64,000 bases of DNA, from the NCBI GenBank assembly GCA_963804645.1, contig CAWDRG010000017.1:640001-704000 (forward strand). The letters are read 5' to 3'. The position numbers and the translations under genes are program-made. The DNA is from an uncultured Bacillota bacterium (GTDB lineage Bacteria; Sysuimicrobiota; Sysuimicrobiia; Sysuimicrobiales; Segetimicrobiaceae). Below, piece after piece: positions 10,085 to 19,624 of this stretch. Under the pieces are notes generated by a model that worked only from the letters and a program-made list of their open reading frames with translations, searched no databases and was not told the DNA's origin. Numbering within the stretch: position 1 is the stretch's first letter; each line of letters starts with the position of its first letter.

Positions 10085-10816
10085 TCAGGCCGACGCGGAC
10101 GGAGACTGCGCCGCCAGTCTCGCGACGTGACGGTGGAGCAGGAGGCTGATCAACGCCAGGAACACAAACCCACCCAGGGCATAGGGCAAGATGTGCCGCC
10201 CGCCGGTAAGGCCGGCGCCGACCGCCGCGAGGGTCACCACCCACGGCGTGATGCCGGCGGCCGTGGTCCAGAGGAATGTCTTCCACGACACCGGGGTCAG
10301 CCCGAGCGCAAAGGTCACGAAATCGCCGGGCAAGAGCGGCACGAACCGCAGGGTGAGCGGCGCGACCCATCCCGCGTTCGCCACGAGCCGGTCCACCGGA
10401 TCCAACCACTGCTTCGGGAGGATGCGCGTCACCACGGGACGGCCCAGCGTCCTGGCGATGCCGAAGCCCAGGCACGAGCTGATCATCACGCCCACCCACT
10501 CCAGCGCCGCGCCCTTCCACAATCCGAACACCGCGCCATTCGCGGCCGCGATGACGTCGGCAGGAAACGGGACAAACGTGTGCGCGATGTTGATGAGCAC
10601 CGAGGCCAGCGGCGCCGCGGCACCCCAGCGAGTGATGGAGGTCCGGATGCCCTCGCGGAACCGCCCCGCGCGCGCGCTCGCCCGCGACGCGGTGATGGTC
10701 AACAGGTGCCGCGTCGTGGGATCGATCCACACCGCGACGAGCACGGCGGCGACGAGGGCCCAGAAGATCGTCTGGATCACCTGACGCCGCGTGGCCGATC
10801 GCAGCAGCCGCCACAT
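10085..10816 (-). CDS. TVP38/TMEM64 (DedA/SNARE-associated) membrane protein
   Basis: Multiple hydrophobic segments; motifs VPFPA, GAVFG, LRFVPLLP and GITP. Confidence 0.85.
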   Translation of the reverse strand: MWRLLRSATRRQVIQTIFWALVAAVLVAVWIDPTTRHLLTITASRASARAGRFREGIRTSITRWGAAAPLASVLINIAHTFVPFPADVIAAANGAVFGLWKGAALEWVGVMISSCLGFGIARTLGRPVVTRILPKQWLDPVDRLVANAGWVAPLTLRFVPLLPGDFVTFALGLTPVSWKTFLWTTAAGITPWVVTLAAVGAGLTGGRHILPYALGGFVFLALISLLLHRHVARLAAQSPSASA

Positions 10817-10854
10817 GCTCCCTATGGCAACACCCCGCGCATCCGCATCACCTT

Positions 10855-10863
10855 ATTCTAACA
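10855..10863 (-). promoter_or_regulatory. Putative extended -10 promoter (TGnTAGAAT) of the TVP38 gene
   Basis: The minus strand reads TGTTAGAAT about 40 bp upstream of ATG 10816, in a locally AT-rich patch. Confidence 0.45.
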
Positions 10864-11233
10864 CCGTGACGCCCCCTGGTTGCTGATGGCAGTGGTGCCG
10901 TGTGGCCGCCCGCGGGATCCACGCGAGGATCGGGCGGCCCGTCGCGCTCAGCTCCTCGGGCCCACCCACCCGCCTGCCGCCGGCCGACACGCGGCACCTG
11001 GCGCGCGGCGTTCCCGCATAGTACCGTAGTCACGGAACGCGACCTCGGTCACTCGATGTCCGGGTGGTCTCCACACTCGAACCGCCACACCGAGATCGCG
11101 TCCCGTAGTTCCACGAACGCTCGCACACAGGCAGAAGCGCGCCACGGGGTGGTGGAGTCGATGGACCATACACCGACGCGTTCATCGCGGACAGCGGCGC
11201 GGCCTGCGTCCGCTGTGGAAGGGGCGAACACGC

Positions 11234-12973
11234 ATGCCTGACACCGACGCCGCATACGACGTGGTCGTGATCGGGGCCAGCCTTGGGGGGGTCGCCGCGG
11301 CCCTGCGCGCGGGAACCATGGGCGCACGCGTGTGCCTGCTCGAGGCGACGAACTGGGTCGGAGGACAGTTTACCGCCCAGGGAGTGACGAAGCCCGACGA
11401 AAATCAGTACGTCGACACGGTGGGCAGCACCGCGTCCTACCGCGAGTTCCGCCATTTGGTCCGGCTCTACTACCGGCAAAACTACCGGTTGTCGGCCCCC
11501 GGTCAGCAACAGCCGCTGCTGAACCCGGGAGGCAGCTACCCAGGGTTCTCGATGCATCCCCGGGTCGGACACGACGTCCTCGTGCAACAGCTGACCGGTA
11601 ACCCGAACGTCCACCTGCGGCTGCAGACACGGGTGGCGAGCGCCGAAGTGCAAGGGAACACGGTACAGTCGGTGACCGCGACCGACACCAGCGGTGCCGC
11701 CGCGCGATACGTCGCGAAGTACTTTCTCGACGCGACCGATCTCGGCGACCTGCTGCCCTTGGCGAACGTCGAACACGTCTTGGGCGCCGAGAGCCGCGCG
11801 CAGACCGGCGAACCGAGCGCTCCCGACGCGCCGCGCCCCGATTGGATCCAGCCCATCACCATCCCCGTCGCGCTGGAGCGCCGCCCCGCCGGCGAGAATT
11901 GGACCATCGCGAAGCCGGTCCAGTACGAGCAGTTGAAGCTGCTGCAGAAATATACGATTGTCGACGGGTACATCAGCACGATGTTCGTGCCCGGGAAGGA
12001 CATGTGGTCATATCGGCGCTTCATCGCCGCGGCGAATTTCGACGACCCCGCGCTGCCGACCGACCTCAGCATGATCAACACCTTCGGCAACGACTATCAG
12101 GGGGGCACGATCCCCACCGGGGATCCGGCGTCCGACCTCGCCGTCACGGAGGCCGCGCGGCAGGCGGCGCTGGGCTACATCTACTGGCTCCAGACGGAGT
12201 GCCCGCGCGACGGCGATCCAACCCGGCTCGGGTTTCCCGAGCTCAAGCCCCGCGGCGACCTGTTCGGGACCTCCGACGGGACCGCCGCGGCGCCCTACAT
12301 CCGGGAGTCCCGACGCATTCAGGCCCTCCGCACGATCGTCCAGCAAGACATCGACGCGGCCTACAACGCCGGGCCGCGCGCCAAGCCGTTCCCCGACGCG
12401 TGCGGCATCGGGCTCTACGGCGGCATGGACATCCACGGGCTCGCCGCCGTGGGCATGCCGCAGTCGTTCGTCACGATCAAGCCGTTTCAAATCCCGCTGG
12501 GCGCGCTGATCCCGGTCCGCGTCACGAACCTCGTCGCGGCGTGCAAGAACATCGGGGTCACCCACATCACAAACGGCGCCTACCGCCTGCATCCGGTCGA
12601 ATGGAACACCGGCGAGGCGGCCGGGGCGCTCGCGGCCTTCTGCGTGCAGCAGGACGTGACGCCGAGCGCCGTGTGGAGCACCCCGGCACTGCTCCGGCGG
12701 TATCAGCACGCCCTGCTTGACGCCGGGGTGCCGCTCTTTTGGTGGACCGATGTCACCTTCGACGACAAGGACCTGTTCGCGGCCGCGCACATGCTCGGCG
12801 TCGCCGGCATTCTCAGCGGAGTCGACGACCTGAACCTGCGCCCCAACGACGTCCTGACCGACCAAGAGCGGCAGGACATTCAACAGGCCGTGGAAACGCC
12901 GCTCGAGTGGCCGAGCGGCCAACTGCTCCGGGGCCAGGCGGCGCAGTGGCTCGCGCAGACGCTCGGCCTCTAG
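11234..12973 (+). CDS. FAD-dependent oxidoreductase (FAD_oxidored family)
   Basis: N-terminal DVVVIGASLGG Rossmann motif; LDATDLGD, PYIRESRRI, FQIPLGALIP and KNIGVTHITNGAYRLHPVEW. Confidence 0.85.
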   Translation: MPDTDAAYDVVVIGASLGGVAAALRAGTMGARVCLLEATNWVGGQFTAQGVTKPDENQYVDTVGSTASYREFRHLVRLYYRQNYRLSAPGQQQPLLNPGGSYPGFSMHPRVGHDVLVQQLTGNPNVHLRLQTRVASAEVQGNTVQSVTATDTSGAAARYVAKYFLDATDLGDLLPLANVEHVLGAESRAQTGEPSAPDAPRPDWIQPITIPVALERRPAGENWTIAKPVQYEQLKLLQKYTIVDGYISTMFVPGKDMWSYRRFIAAANFDDPALPTDLSMINTFGNDYQGGTIPTGDPASDLAVTEAARQAALGYIYWLQTECPRDGDPTRLGFPELKPRGDLFGTSDGTAAAPYIRESRRIQALRTIVQQDIDAAYNAGPRAKPFPDACGIGLYGGMDIHGLAAVGMPQSFVTIKPFQIPLGALIPVRVTNLVAACKNIGVTHITNGAYRLHPVEWNTGEAAGALAAFCVQQDVTPSAVWSTPALLRRYQHALLDAGVPLFWWTDVTFDDKDLFAAAHMLGVAGILSGVDDLNLRPNDVLTDQERQDIQQAVETPLEWPSGQLLRGQAAQWLAQTLGL

Positions 12974-12982
12974 CCCGGACCC

Positions 12983-13954
12983 TCAGCGGCGCTGCAGCGC
13001 GGGGGAGTCGCTCAGCGGCATGTTGCCGTCCGGATAGCGCGCGCCCGCCGCGATCCCCGGCGGAAACAGCGCGTCGAGCCGCCGCAGTTCGTCATCGGTC
13101 AGCGTCAGGTCCACGGCCGCGGCGTTCTCGTCGATGCGGGCGCGCGTGCGCGTCCCGAACAGCGGGATGATGTCGCCCCCGCGGGACAGCAGCCACGCGA
13201 GCGCGAGCTGACCCGGGGTCGCGCCCCTGGCCGACGCCAGTTCGCGGAGCGCATCGGTGAGTGCGAGGTTGCGCCGCAGATTGTCGGGCTGAAAGCGCGG
13301 ATGCGCCCTCCGTCGGTCGTTGGGCGCAAGCTCGTCAAATGCGCGGACCTGGCCCCCGAGGAACCCGCGCCCCACGGGGCTGTACGCCATGATCCCGACG
13401 CCGAGCGCCCGCGTCGTCGGCAGCACCGCGGTCTCCAGGTCGCGCGACCAGAGCGAGTACTCGCTCTGGAGCGAGACCACCGGATAGGCCGCGTGCGCCC
13501 GGCGAATCGTGTCCGCGCCCGCCTCCGACAGCCCGACGTAGCGCACCTTTCCGGCCGCCACGAGCTCCGCCATCGCGCCCATGGTGTCCTCGATCGGCGT
13601 GGTCGGATCCAGCCGGTGGAGCGAGTACACGTCGACGTACGCGACCTGGAGCCGGCGGAGGCTCTCGTCGATCGCCGTCCGCAGGTAGTCCGGGGCGCCG
13701 CGCCGTAGCTTGGTCGAGAGCACGACGCGGTCCCGCCGGTCGCGCAGCGCGCGCCCGACGAGCTTCTCGTTGTGCCCGTCGACCCCGTACCCTTCCGCCG
13801 TGTCGATCAGGGTAATCCCCACGTCGATCGCGTGGTGAATCGCCGCGATCGCCTCCATCTCATCGGACGGTCCGTACGTGCCGGACATCGCCATCGTGCC
13901 GAGGGCGACCGCCGACACGCGCGGACCATTCGCGCCGAGCTGCCGAGACTTCAT
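12983..13954 (-). CDS. Aldo/keto reductase
   Basis: Motifs IDTAEGYG, STK, YSLHRLD, GKVRYVGLSE, LQSEYSLW and AYSPVGRG. Confidence 0.93.
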   Translation of the reverse strand: MKSRQLGANGPRVSAVALGTMAMSGTYGPSDEMEAIAAIHHAIDVGITLIDTAEGYGVDGHNEKLVGRALRDRRDRVVLSTKLRRGAPDYLRTAIDESLRRLQVAYVDVYSLHRLDPTTPIEDTMGAMAELVAAGKVRYVGLSEAGADTIRRAHAAYPVVSLQSEYSLWSRDLETAVLPTTRALGVGIMAYSPVGRGFLGGQVRAFDELAPNDRRRAHPRFQPDNLRRNLALTDALRELASARGATPGQLALAWLLSRGGDIIPLFGTRTRARIDENAAAVDLTLTDDELRRLDALFPPGIAAGARYPDGNMPLSDSPALQRR

Positions 13955-14057
13955 CGAAGCCCACCTCCGTCGTGGTGTCCCGCACTCCCACGTTCGGTCC
14001 GTATGCGCGGAGTTCCCCCGACAGAGGCACGGGCCCCGACGCGGGCCCGCGCCGACG

Positions 14058-15173
14058 TCAGAGGCGGCCGCGGGCGATCGTGCCCTGGTCGAGCACGAGC
14101 CCGAATCCGGGCCCCTGCGGCACCGGGTACCGCCCGTCGGTGATGCTGCCGCGATTCGCGATCAGGGTCCAGAACAGCGGATCGCGCTCGGGCAGGAAGC
14201 ATTCGAGATAGGTCCCGTGCGCGATCCCGCCGAGCAGCTGCGCCGCGACCTGCGGCTCCTCGTGATGGCCCATCCGGACGCCGTACAAGGCCGCCATCCC
14301 CGCCACCCGGCGCCAGAACGTCGGCCCGCCGGACCAGGACGCGTCGAGGTTGCAGACGTCGACCGACCCGCCGGCGATCAGCTCCCGCACGCCCTGCCCC
14401 GTCGTCTCGCTCTGGCCGGCGCAGACGGCGAGGCCGGTCATGTACCGCACGTCGCGGAGCCACTGCCGGTCGTTCGTCCACCGGCACGGCTCCTCAAACC
14501 ATCGGATGCCGCAGTCGGTGGTCAGCCGCGCAAACCGCACGGCCTCGTCGAGCGTCCATCCCTGGTTGGCGTCCACCGTCACGGTGAACGCCGGCCCGAC
14601 CGTGGCCCGGAGCCGACGGAGGCGCTCCGCATCGACCTCGGGGCTCCGCCCGCCCACCTTGAACTTGCAGCCGCGAAACCCGAGCGCGAGCCAGCGCTCC
14701 CCTTCCCGCTCGACCGCGTCCGCGTCGTCCGAGTAGTAGCCGCCGATCACGTTGATCGGCAGCGTGTCGGCGACGCCGCCCCACACGCGGGCGAGCGGCT
14801 GCCCGAGCGCCTTCCCGACCAGGTCCCACAGCGCGCTGTCGACGCACGCCATCGCCTGAAGCGCGAGGTTCCGGTCGCGCAGAATGTTGAACGTCGCGGG
14901 CAGCATCCGCTGCCACCCGCCCTCGACATCGCGGGCGTCCTGCCCCACCAAGAGCGGCGCGATCTCGTCGGTAATAATCTTGACGACGGCCGCCTGCTCG
15001 TCGTCCGTGTCCCCGTTGTAGCACTCGCCGACGAGCCCTTCCGCGTACACGCGCGTCACGATCGTCGCGCGGTTGCGCATCGAGTAGTGGCTGCCGCTGT
15101 ACACGCGGTCCAAGGGCACGCGCAGTGGAAGGACCTCGATCCGATCGATGCCCGCAGGAGCGTCTCCCACCAC
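14058..15173 (-). CDS. Enolase-superfamily protein, mandelate racemase subgroup
   Basis: Motifs DSALWDL, KFKVG, VDANQG, FEEP, AGQSE, NLD, GHHE and PQGPGFG. Confidence 0.9.
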   Translation of the reverse strand: MVGDAPAGIDRIEVLPLRVPLDRVYSGSHYSMRNRATIVTRVYAEGLVGECYNGDTDDEQAAVVKIITDEIAPLLVGQDARDVEGGWQRMLPATFNILRDRNLALQAMACVDSALWDLVGKALGQPLARVWGGVADTLPINVIGGYYSDDADAVEREGERWLALGFRGCKFKVGGRSPEVDAERLRRLRATVGPAFTVTVDANQGWTLDEAVRFARLTTDCGIRWFEEPCRWTNDRQWLRDVRYMTGLAVCAGQSETTGQGVRELIAGGSVDVCNLDASWSGGPTFWRRVAGMAALYGVRMGHHEEPQVAAQLLGGIAHGTYLECFLPERDPLFWTLIANRGSITDGRYPVPQGPGFGLVLDQGTIARGRL

Positions 15174-15654
15174 TCACCTCACGACGCGCCCTGGCCGGCG
15201 CCATGCGTCCGGCCACGGTCGCGAGATTCAGCCCGTCAGACTTGGGATGTTCTATAGGGTTCGACGCTCTGGCGATTCCCCTTTGCGTTCGCTGAGGGCC
15301 TCGCTCGGTCGCCGCGACCCAAATCGCTGACAACCACGATCGCATCGGGCTGGAGGGACGCCAACCGGACGTGTCACTCGCGTAGTGCTCACGACCCAGG
15401 ATCCGTCTTGTGACGACCGCGAGCGGCGATTCAGATGATGATATCGTGCGCATCGACGAGACCTTCGATGTTGATCGCTGCTTGCCGCCGCACCTGCGGC
15501 TGCGGTGGCGAAGAATCCAGGACCCGAGAACGCTCTGTCTTGGTCAAGTAAGAAACGAGGGCGCGCGGGAAGATTGCGTGTCACTGTCGAAATCGCACAG
15601 CGACGGTCGGACAGTGTCTCGTGGCCGGAGTCAAAACGAGAAGGGGGCACCAGC

Positions 15655-16110
15655 ATGCGTCGTGTTCGCACCTGGCTCGGCATGGCACTCGTGTTGCTCG
15701 TTGCGGCGGTTCCGCTCGTGTTCGGTCTGTGGCAGCCCGCGTACGGGGATCCCAATGACCTCGTCGTCGGGGGCGTGGTGTGGGCGCGTATCACCCAGAG
15801 TGCGGGCGGCTACTCCGCGGCCCAGCGGATCATCTACGTGCGGAAACGGGTCACCAACATCTACAGCAACACGACGTTCAAGGCGGCTCGGAACCTGTTC
15901 GTCAACGCCGGCAGGTTGGGATCGGACTCACCGATCTCGGTGGGCTCCCTCGGCGGGGGTCAGCCGTACCTGGTCGTCACGGTCACGCCGCAGGACGCCC
16001 AGGCGAACGGGACCACCGTGCACCAACTGGCGAGTCACTGGGCCACGAATCTGACCAGAGGCCTGAACAAGGAGATGCCGACCTCCTTCTTTAAGGAAAC
16101 GGAGCAGTAG
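15655..16110 (+). CDS. Secreted hypothetical protein (151 aa)
   Basis: AAGGGGG RBS and ATG 15655. Signal-peptide-like N-terminus MRRVRTWLGMALVLLVAAVP; host-like codon bias. Confidence 0.75.
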   Translation: MRRVRTWLGMALVLLVAAVPLVFGLWQPAYGDPNDLVVGGVVWARITQSAGGYSAAQRIIYVRKRVTNIYSNTTFKAARNLFVNAGRLGSDSPISVGSLGGGQPYLVVTVTPQDAQANGTTVHQLASHWATNLTRGLNKEMPTSFFKETEQ

Positions 16111-16173
16111 GAGCGGCGAGTCTGCCCGGCCGGGACGCGGCGAGGATGTCTGCACGAGTACGGCTCGAAGGAC

Positions 16174-16209
16174 GCGGGACGATGCCACGTGCACGCGGCA
16201 TCGTCCCGC
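16174..16209. terminator. Stem-loop between convergent genes
   Basis: 13-bp perfect inverted repeat GCGGGACGATGCC / GGCATCGTCCCGC. No U-tract. Confidence 0.55.
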
Positions 16210-16242
16210 CGGCGCAGACGGTCCACCGGTGACCCGCCGTCG

Positions 16243-17019
16243 TCAATACATCAAGAACCCGCCGCTCACATTGATCGTCGCCCCGGTGATGTACGACGCG
16301 TGGTCGCTCGCGAGAAACACCGTGGCGCCCGCGATCTCTCGGGGCGCGGCAAGGCGCCCCATCGGCACCTGGGCGACGAGCGAGCGGAGCACCGACGGAC
16401 GCAGGTCCTTCATGAGCATCGGGGTGTCGACGAGGCCGGGCGCGACGCAGTTGACCGTGATCCCGCGCGCGGCGTACGTCCGCGCGAGCCCTCGCGTCAT
16501 CGTGACGACGGCGCCCTTCGCGGCGTTGTAGACCACCGACCCGCCGAATCCTCCGGTCCACCACCCCTGCGACGAGAACAGCACGATCCGGCCGCGCTCG
16601 CGCCCCGCGATCATCATCTCGGCGGCGGCCCGGCACAGGAAAAACCCGGCCTTCAGGTTGGTGGTGAGCTGCAGGTCCCAGTCCCGCTCCGTCACCTGCC
16701 CGATCTCCGCGCGTCGCCGGAGCACCGCGGCCAGATGCACCAGCGCCCGCACGGACCCCAGCCGCCTGCGCGCCTGGTCGAGCAACCCCGCGTGCGCGGA
16801 CAGGTCGCGCAGATCGCAGACGATGCCGTGGTGCCCGGTCCCCGGGAGCGCCCGCACCGCCCGCTCGACCGCGCTCCGCCGCAGGTCCGTCACCAGGACC
16901 CGGGCGCCCGCCGCCGCAAAGGCCGACGCGACCTCGCGGCCGATCGCGCCCGCGCCGCCGGTGACGATCACGCCTTTCCCCGCGAGCCCGGCGCCGAGAG
17001 CCGGGGCGGGACTAGGCAC
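16243..17019 (-). CDS. Classical SDR oxidoreductase
   Basis: Motifs TGGAGAIG, YNAAK, VNCVAPG and YITGATINVSGG. Overlaps the upstream enolase stop. Confidence 0.92.
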   Translation of the reverse strand: MPSPAPALGAGLAGKGVIVTGGAGAIGREVASAFAAAGARVLVTDLRRSAVERAVRALPGTGHHGIVCDLRDLSAHAGLLDQARRRLGSVRALVHLAAVLRRRAEIGQVTERDWDLQLTTNLKAGFFLCRAAAEMMIAGRERGRIVLFSSQGWWTGGFGGSVVYNAAKGAVVTMTRGLARTYAARGITVNCVAPGLVDTPMLMKDLRPSVLRSLVAQVPMGRLAAPREIAGATVFLASDHASYITGATINVSGGFLMY

Positions 17020-18130
17020 GGTACCGCTCGACCACGTCGTCTCGCACCTCGATGCCGAGCCCGGGCCCCCCGGGCGGCGCCATCCATCCGCCGGCCGCGG
17101 CGATCGGAGACACGACCAGATCGTCCTGCATAGGGTTCGGCAGCGGCTTGACCTCGAACAGCCGGAAGATCGGGCTCGAAAAGGACACGGCCAGGCTCGC
17201 CGCGGTCACGATCGCGGAGGACCACGCATGCGCGTTGGCCGCACGGCGGTGCTGCTCGACCAGCTCGCACACCTTGCGAAATCCGGTGATCCCCTCGGCC
17301 CGCCCCGGGTCGACGCCGACCACATCCACCGTCCCCGTCTCGAGCAAACGCTGGTAGCCGCGCAGGTTCCACTCGCGCTCGCCGTAGGCGACGGGTGTCC
17401 GGATCCGCGACCGCAGGTCACGGTACCCGTCGGGATCGTCGCCGCCGAGCGGCTCCTCGATCCAGTGGAGGCCGTACTCCTCCATCGCCGTCACGCGCGC
17501 CGCGGCCGCCGCCAGATCCCAGCGATTCGCGTTCCCGACGTCGATCATGATCAGCTTGTCAGGGCCGAGCGCCCGCCGCAGCGTCCGCATGAACGCGACG
17601 TCGCGGTCGTGGTCGTACCCCAGATGGGCGTCCCCGCGCTTCCCGAACCCGATCTTGATCCCCTGGAGGCCGCCCGCCAGCCAGCCCGCCATCTGCTCCG
17701 CGAGCGCGTCCAGCTCGGCCAGAAACGCGTGGCAGGAGCAGACCGCGGGCAGGCGCGGGTGCACGGCACCCCCCAGCAGCTCCAGCACGGATCGCCCGAC
17801 CGCTTTGCCGCGAAGGTCCCACACCGCGATGTCGAGCGCGGAGATCGCAAACGACGCGATCCCGCCGGGCCCGTACCACCAGGTGTGCTCCCGCATCGCG
17901 CGCCACAGCGCATCTGACTCGACGGGGTCGCGGCCCACGAGCAGCGGCGCGAGCCCCTCGACGATGACCGCCGCGGCCCGGGTGGCTTCGGGCCACATCG
18001 TCACCGCTTCCCCCCACCCCACCTGCCCGTCGTCCGCGCGTAGGCGCACCAGCAGCAGGTGGCGCGTGGCGCCGGCGTCGTTCGGTTCGGGATAGCACAC
18101 CGGGATCGGTTCGACGCTGACGATTCTCAT
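17012..18130 (-). CDS. Enolase-superfamily protein (acid-sugar dehydratase-like)
   Basis: Motifs GWGE, DIAVWDL, KIGFG, MIDVG, WIEEP, YGERE, NAHAW and PGGPGLG. Confidence 0.9.
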   Translation of the reverse strand: MRIVSVEPIPVCYPEPNDAGATRHLLLVRLRADDGQVGWGEAVTMWPEATRAAAVIVEGLAPLLVGRDPVESDALWRAMREHTWWYGPGGIASFAISALDIAVWDLRGKAVGRSVLELLGGAVHPRLPAVCSCHAFLAELDALAEQMAGWLAGGLQGIKIGFGKRGDAHLGYDHDRDVAFMRTLRRALGPDKLIMIDVGNANRWDLAAAAARVTAMEEYGLHWIEEPLGGDDPDGYRDLRSRIRTPVAYGEREWNLRGYQRLLETGTVDVVGVDPGRAEGITGFRKVCELVEQHRRAANAHAWSSAIVTAASLAVSFSSPIFRLFEVKPLPNPMQDDLVVSPIAAAGGWMAPPGGPGLGIEVRDDVVERYRA

Positions 18131-18226
18131 CGTGACCTCGCAGTCGGGCGCCGAACGGGACGGCGCAAAGGGTCGCCGGTACGCGGCGCGGGCGCAACGC
18201 GCAGGCGCCTCCTCACGGGACGAGCG

Positions 18227-19624
18227 TCACACACGCAGCGGCTCGACGCCCAGCGCGGCGGCCGCGGCCGGGATCTCGAGATCGAGCCGCCCCGGGGCGA
18301 GCGCGTTGTGGTGGGTGGCGCCGGAGGCGATCCATCGCTCGCCCGCGTCCCCGCTCGGTCCGGTGTCGAACCGAAACATTCCGCTCGGCCCGCCGAGGCG
18401 GTGGTGGCGCGTCTCGACGACCTCGCCCGTCGCCCACGCGAGCCGCCACCCCGCGGCGCCCGGTGACAGCGAGAGCAGCGTCGCGGGTCCGGGCCGGAGC
18501 GCGAACGACACGCACGTCCCGCTGCCGCACCGCCCCGGGTAGTGGTCGTTCGGCGCCAGCGCCACCCGGTCGGGAGGCTCCGCCCATCCGGGATCGCCCT
18601 CGCCGCCCGCGGCCAGGAGCATGAGCCCGGTGTCGATCTCGGCGGCGTAGCACTCGCAGTAGAGCGCGGCGCCGGCGAGGCGCCGCGCCAGCGCGAGCGC
18701 GATCGCCGTGGGCTGATCGCCGGTGCAGGACAGCGGGCGGCCCTCGCCCGTCAGCATCGACACGCCGAGGCACGCCGTGAGCCCGATGTTCGGGTTCGTG
18801 CGAAACCAGGATGTGTGGCAGTTCACGGTGCCGAACGCGGCACCGCTGCCGTCCATCAGCGCCTCGAGCGCCAGCGCGAGGCGCGCGCTCCCCTCCGCCT
18901 GCGGACCGCCGTCGCCCGACCAGCCGCGGCTCCGGAGACGTTCGAGCAGCGCGCGCGCGCCGGCCGGCGCCACCGCGGCGAACGCCTCGTCGAGCTCTCG
19001 CGGGGACACGCGCCGCTCCCGAATCCCGAGCCGGGAGAGATCGCCGGGCGACGCCTCGACGTCGAGATACCCCGCGATCGGATCGCCGATCCGCAGCGCC
19101 ACCGCGTCGCGGAAGCTCCCGGCCGCGGCCGCGGCGCGCACCAGGCGCCGGAGCCGCTCGATCCCGGCGGCATCGTCCGGCGCGGCGGTCACGACCGGGG
19201 CGGACCGGCCGTCGCGGATCAAGACGTTGGCGAGCATCACGCACGCGACGGCCGCGGTATGCTCGGTCGCCTGGGCCTGCGTCCACCCCTCCGGCAGGCG
19301 CGCGGTCTCGACGGGATTCCAGATCACGACCGGCACCGGACATGCCCGCAGGACCGCGGCCCCGAAGCTCGGCGGCGCCGCCATCGTCGGCGCGAACACG
19401 ATCGCGTCGAGCCGCTCCCCGGCGAGGGCACGCGCGGCGGCATGCGCGCCGCCGTCGTCCTCGATCAACCCGGGGTACACCACGTCACACCACTGGCCGA
19501 GCACCGAGGCGTAGCGCCGCGCACGCTCCTGCATGCGGGCCGGAAAGTCTGGCGGCATCTGCCCGTCGAAAAACCGGAACCGGACCGAGACGAGCCCGAC
19601 GCGGGGACGCCACGCTCCCGTCAC
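18227..19624 (-). CDS. L-fucose/L-arabinose isomerase-like protein
   Basis: GTG 19624 overlaps the upstream TGA (GTGA). Motifs TVNCH, SCTGD, LRPGPATLL and terminal GATHHNAL, typical of the FucI/AraA fold. Confidence 0.65.
   Translation of the reverse strand: MTGAWRPRVGLVSVRFRFFDGQMPPDFPARMQERARRYASVLGQWCDVVYPGLIEDDGGAHAAARALAGERLDAIVFAPTMAAPPSFGAAVLRACPVPVVIWNPVETARLPEGWTQAQATEHTAAVACVMLANVLIRDGRSAPVVTAAPDDAAGIERLRRLVRAAAAAGSFRDAVALRIGDPIAGYLDVEASPGDLSRLGIRERRVSPRELDEAFAAVAPAGARALLERLRSRGWSGDGGPQAEGSARLALALEALMDGSGAAFGTVNCHTSWFRTNPNIGLTACLGVSMLTGEGRPLSCTGDQPTAIALALARRLAGAALYCECYAAEIDTGLMLLAAGGEGDPGWAEPPDRVALAPNDHYPGRCGSGTCVSFALRPGPATLLSLSPGAAGWRLAWATGEVVETRHHRLGGPSGMFRFDTGPSGDAGERWIASGATHHNALAPGRLDLEIPAAAAALGVEPLRV

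Noticed and set aside
10900..11233. Small ORFs in the spacer between the TVP38 and FAD oxidoreductase genes
   Set aside because: No convincing RBS, codon bias or recognisable motif; more likely a divergent promoter region.
15560..15630. Possible riboswitch (CACTGTC...GACAGTG stem after GGAAG)
   Set aside because: It lacks the conserved elements I would expect for c-di-GMP-I/II or c-di-AMP riboswitches; only a 7-bp stem is evident. An Rfam search would settle it.
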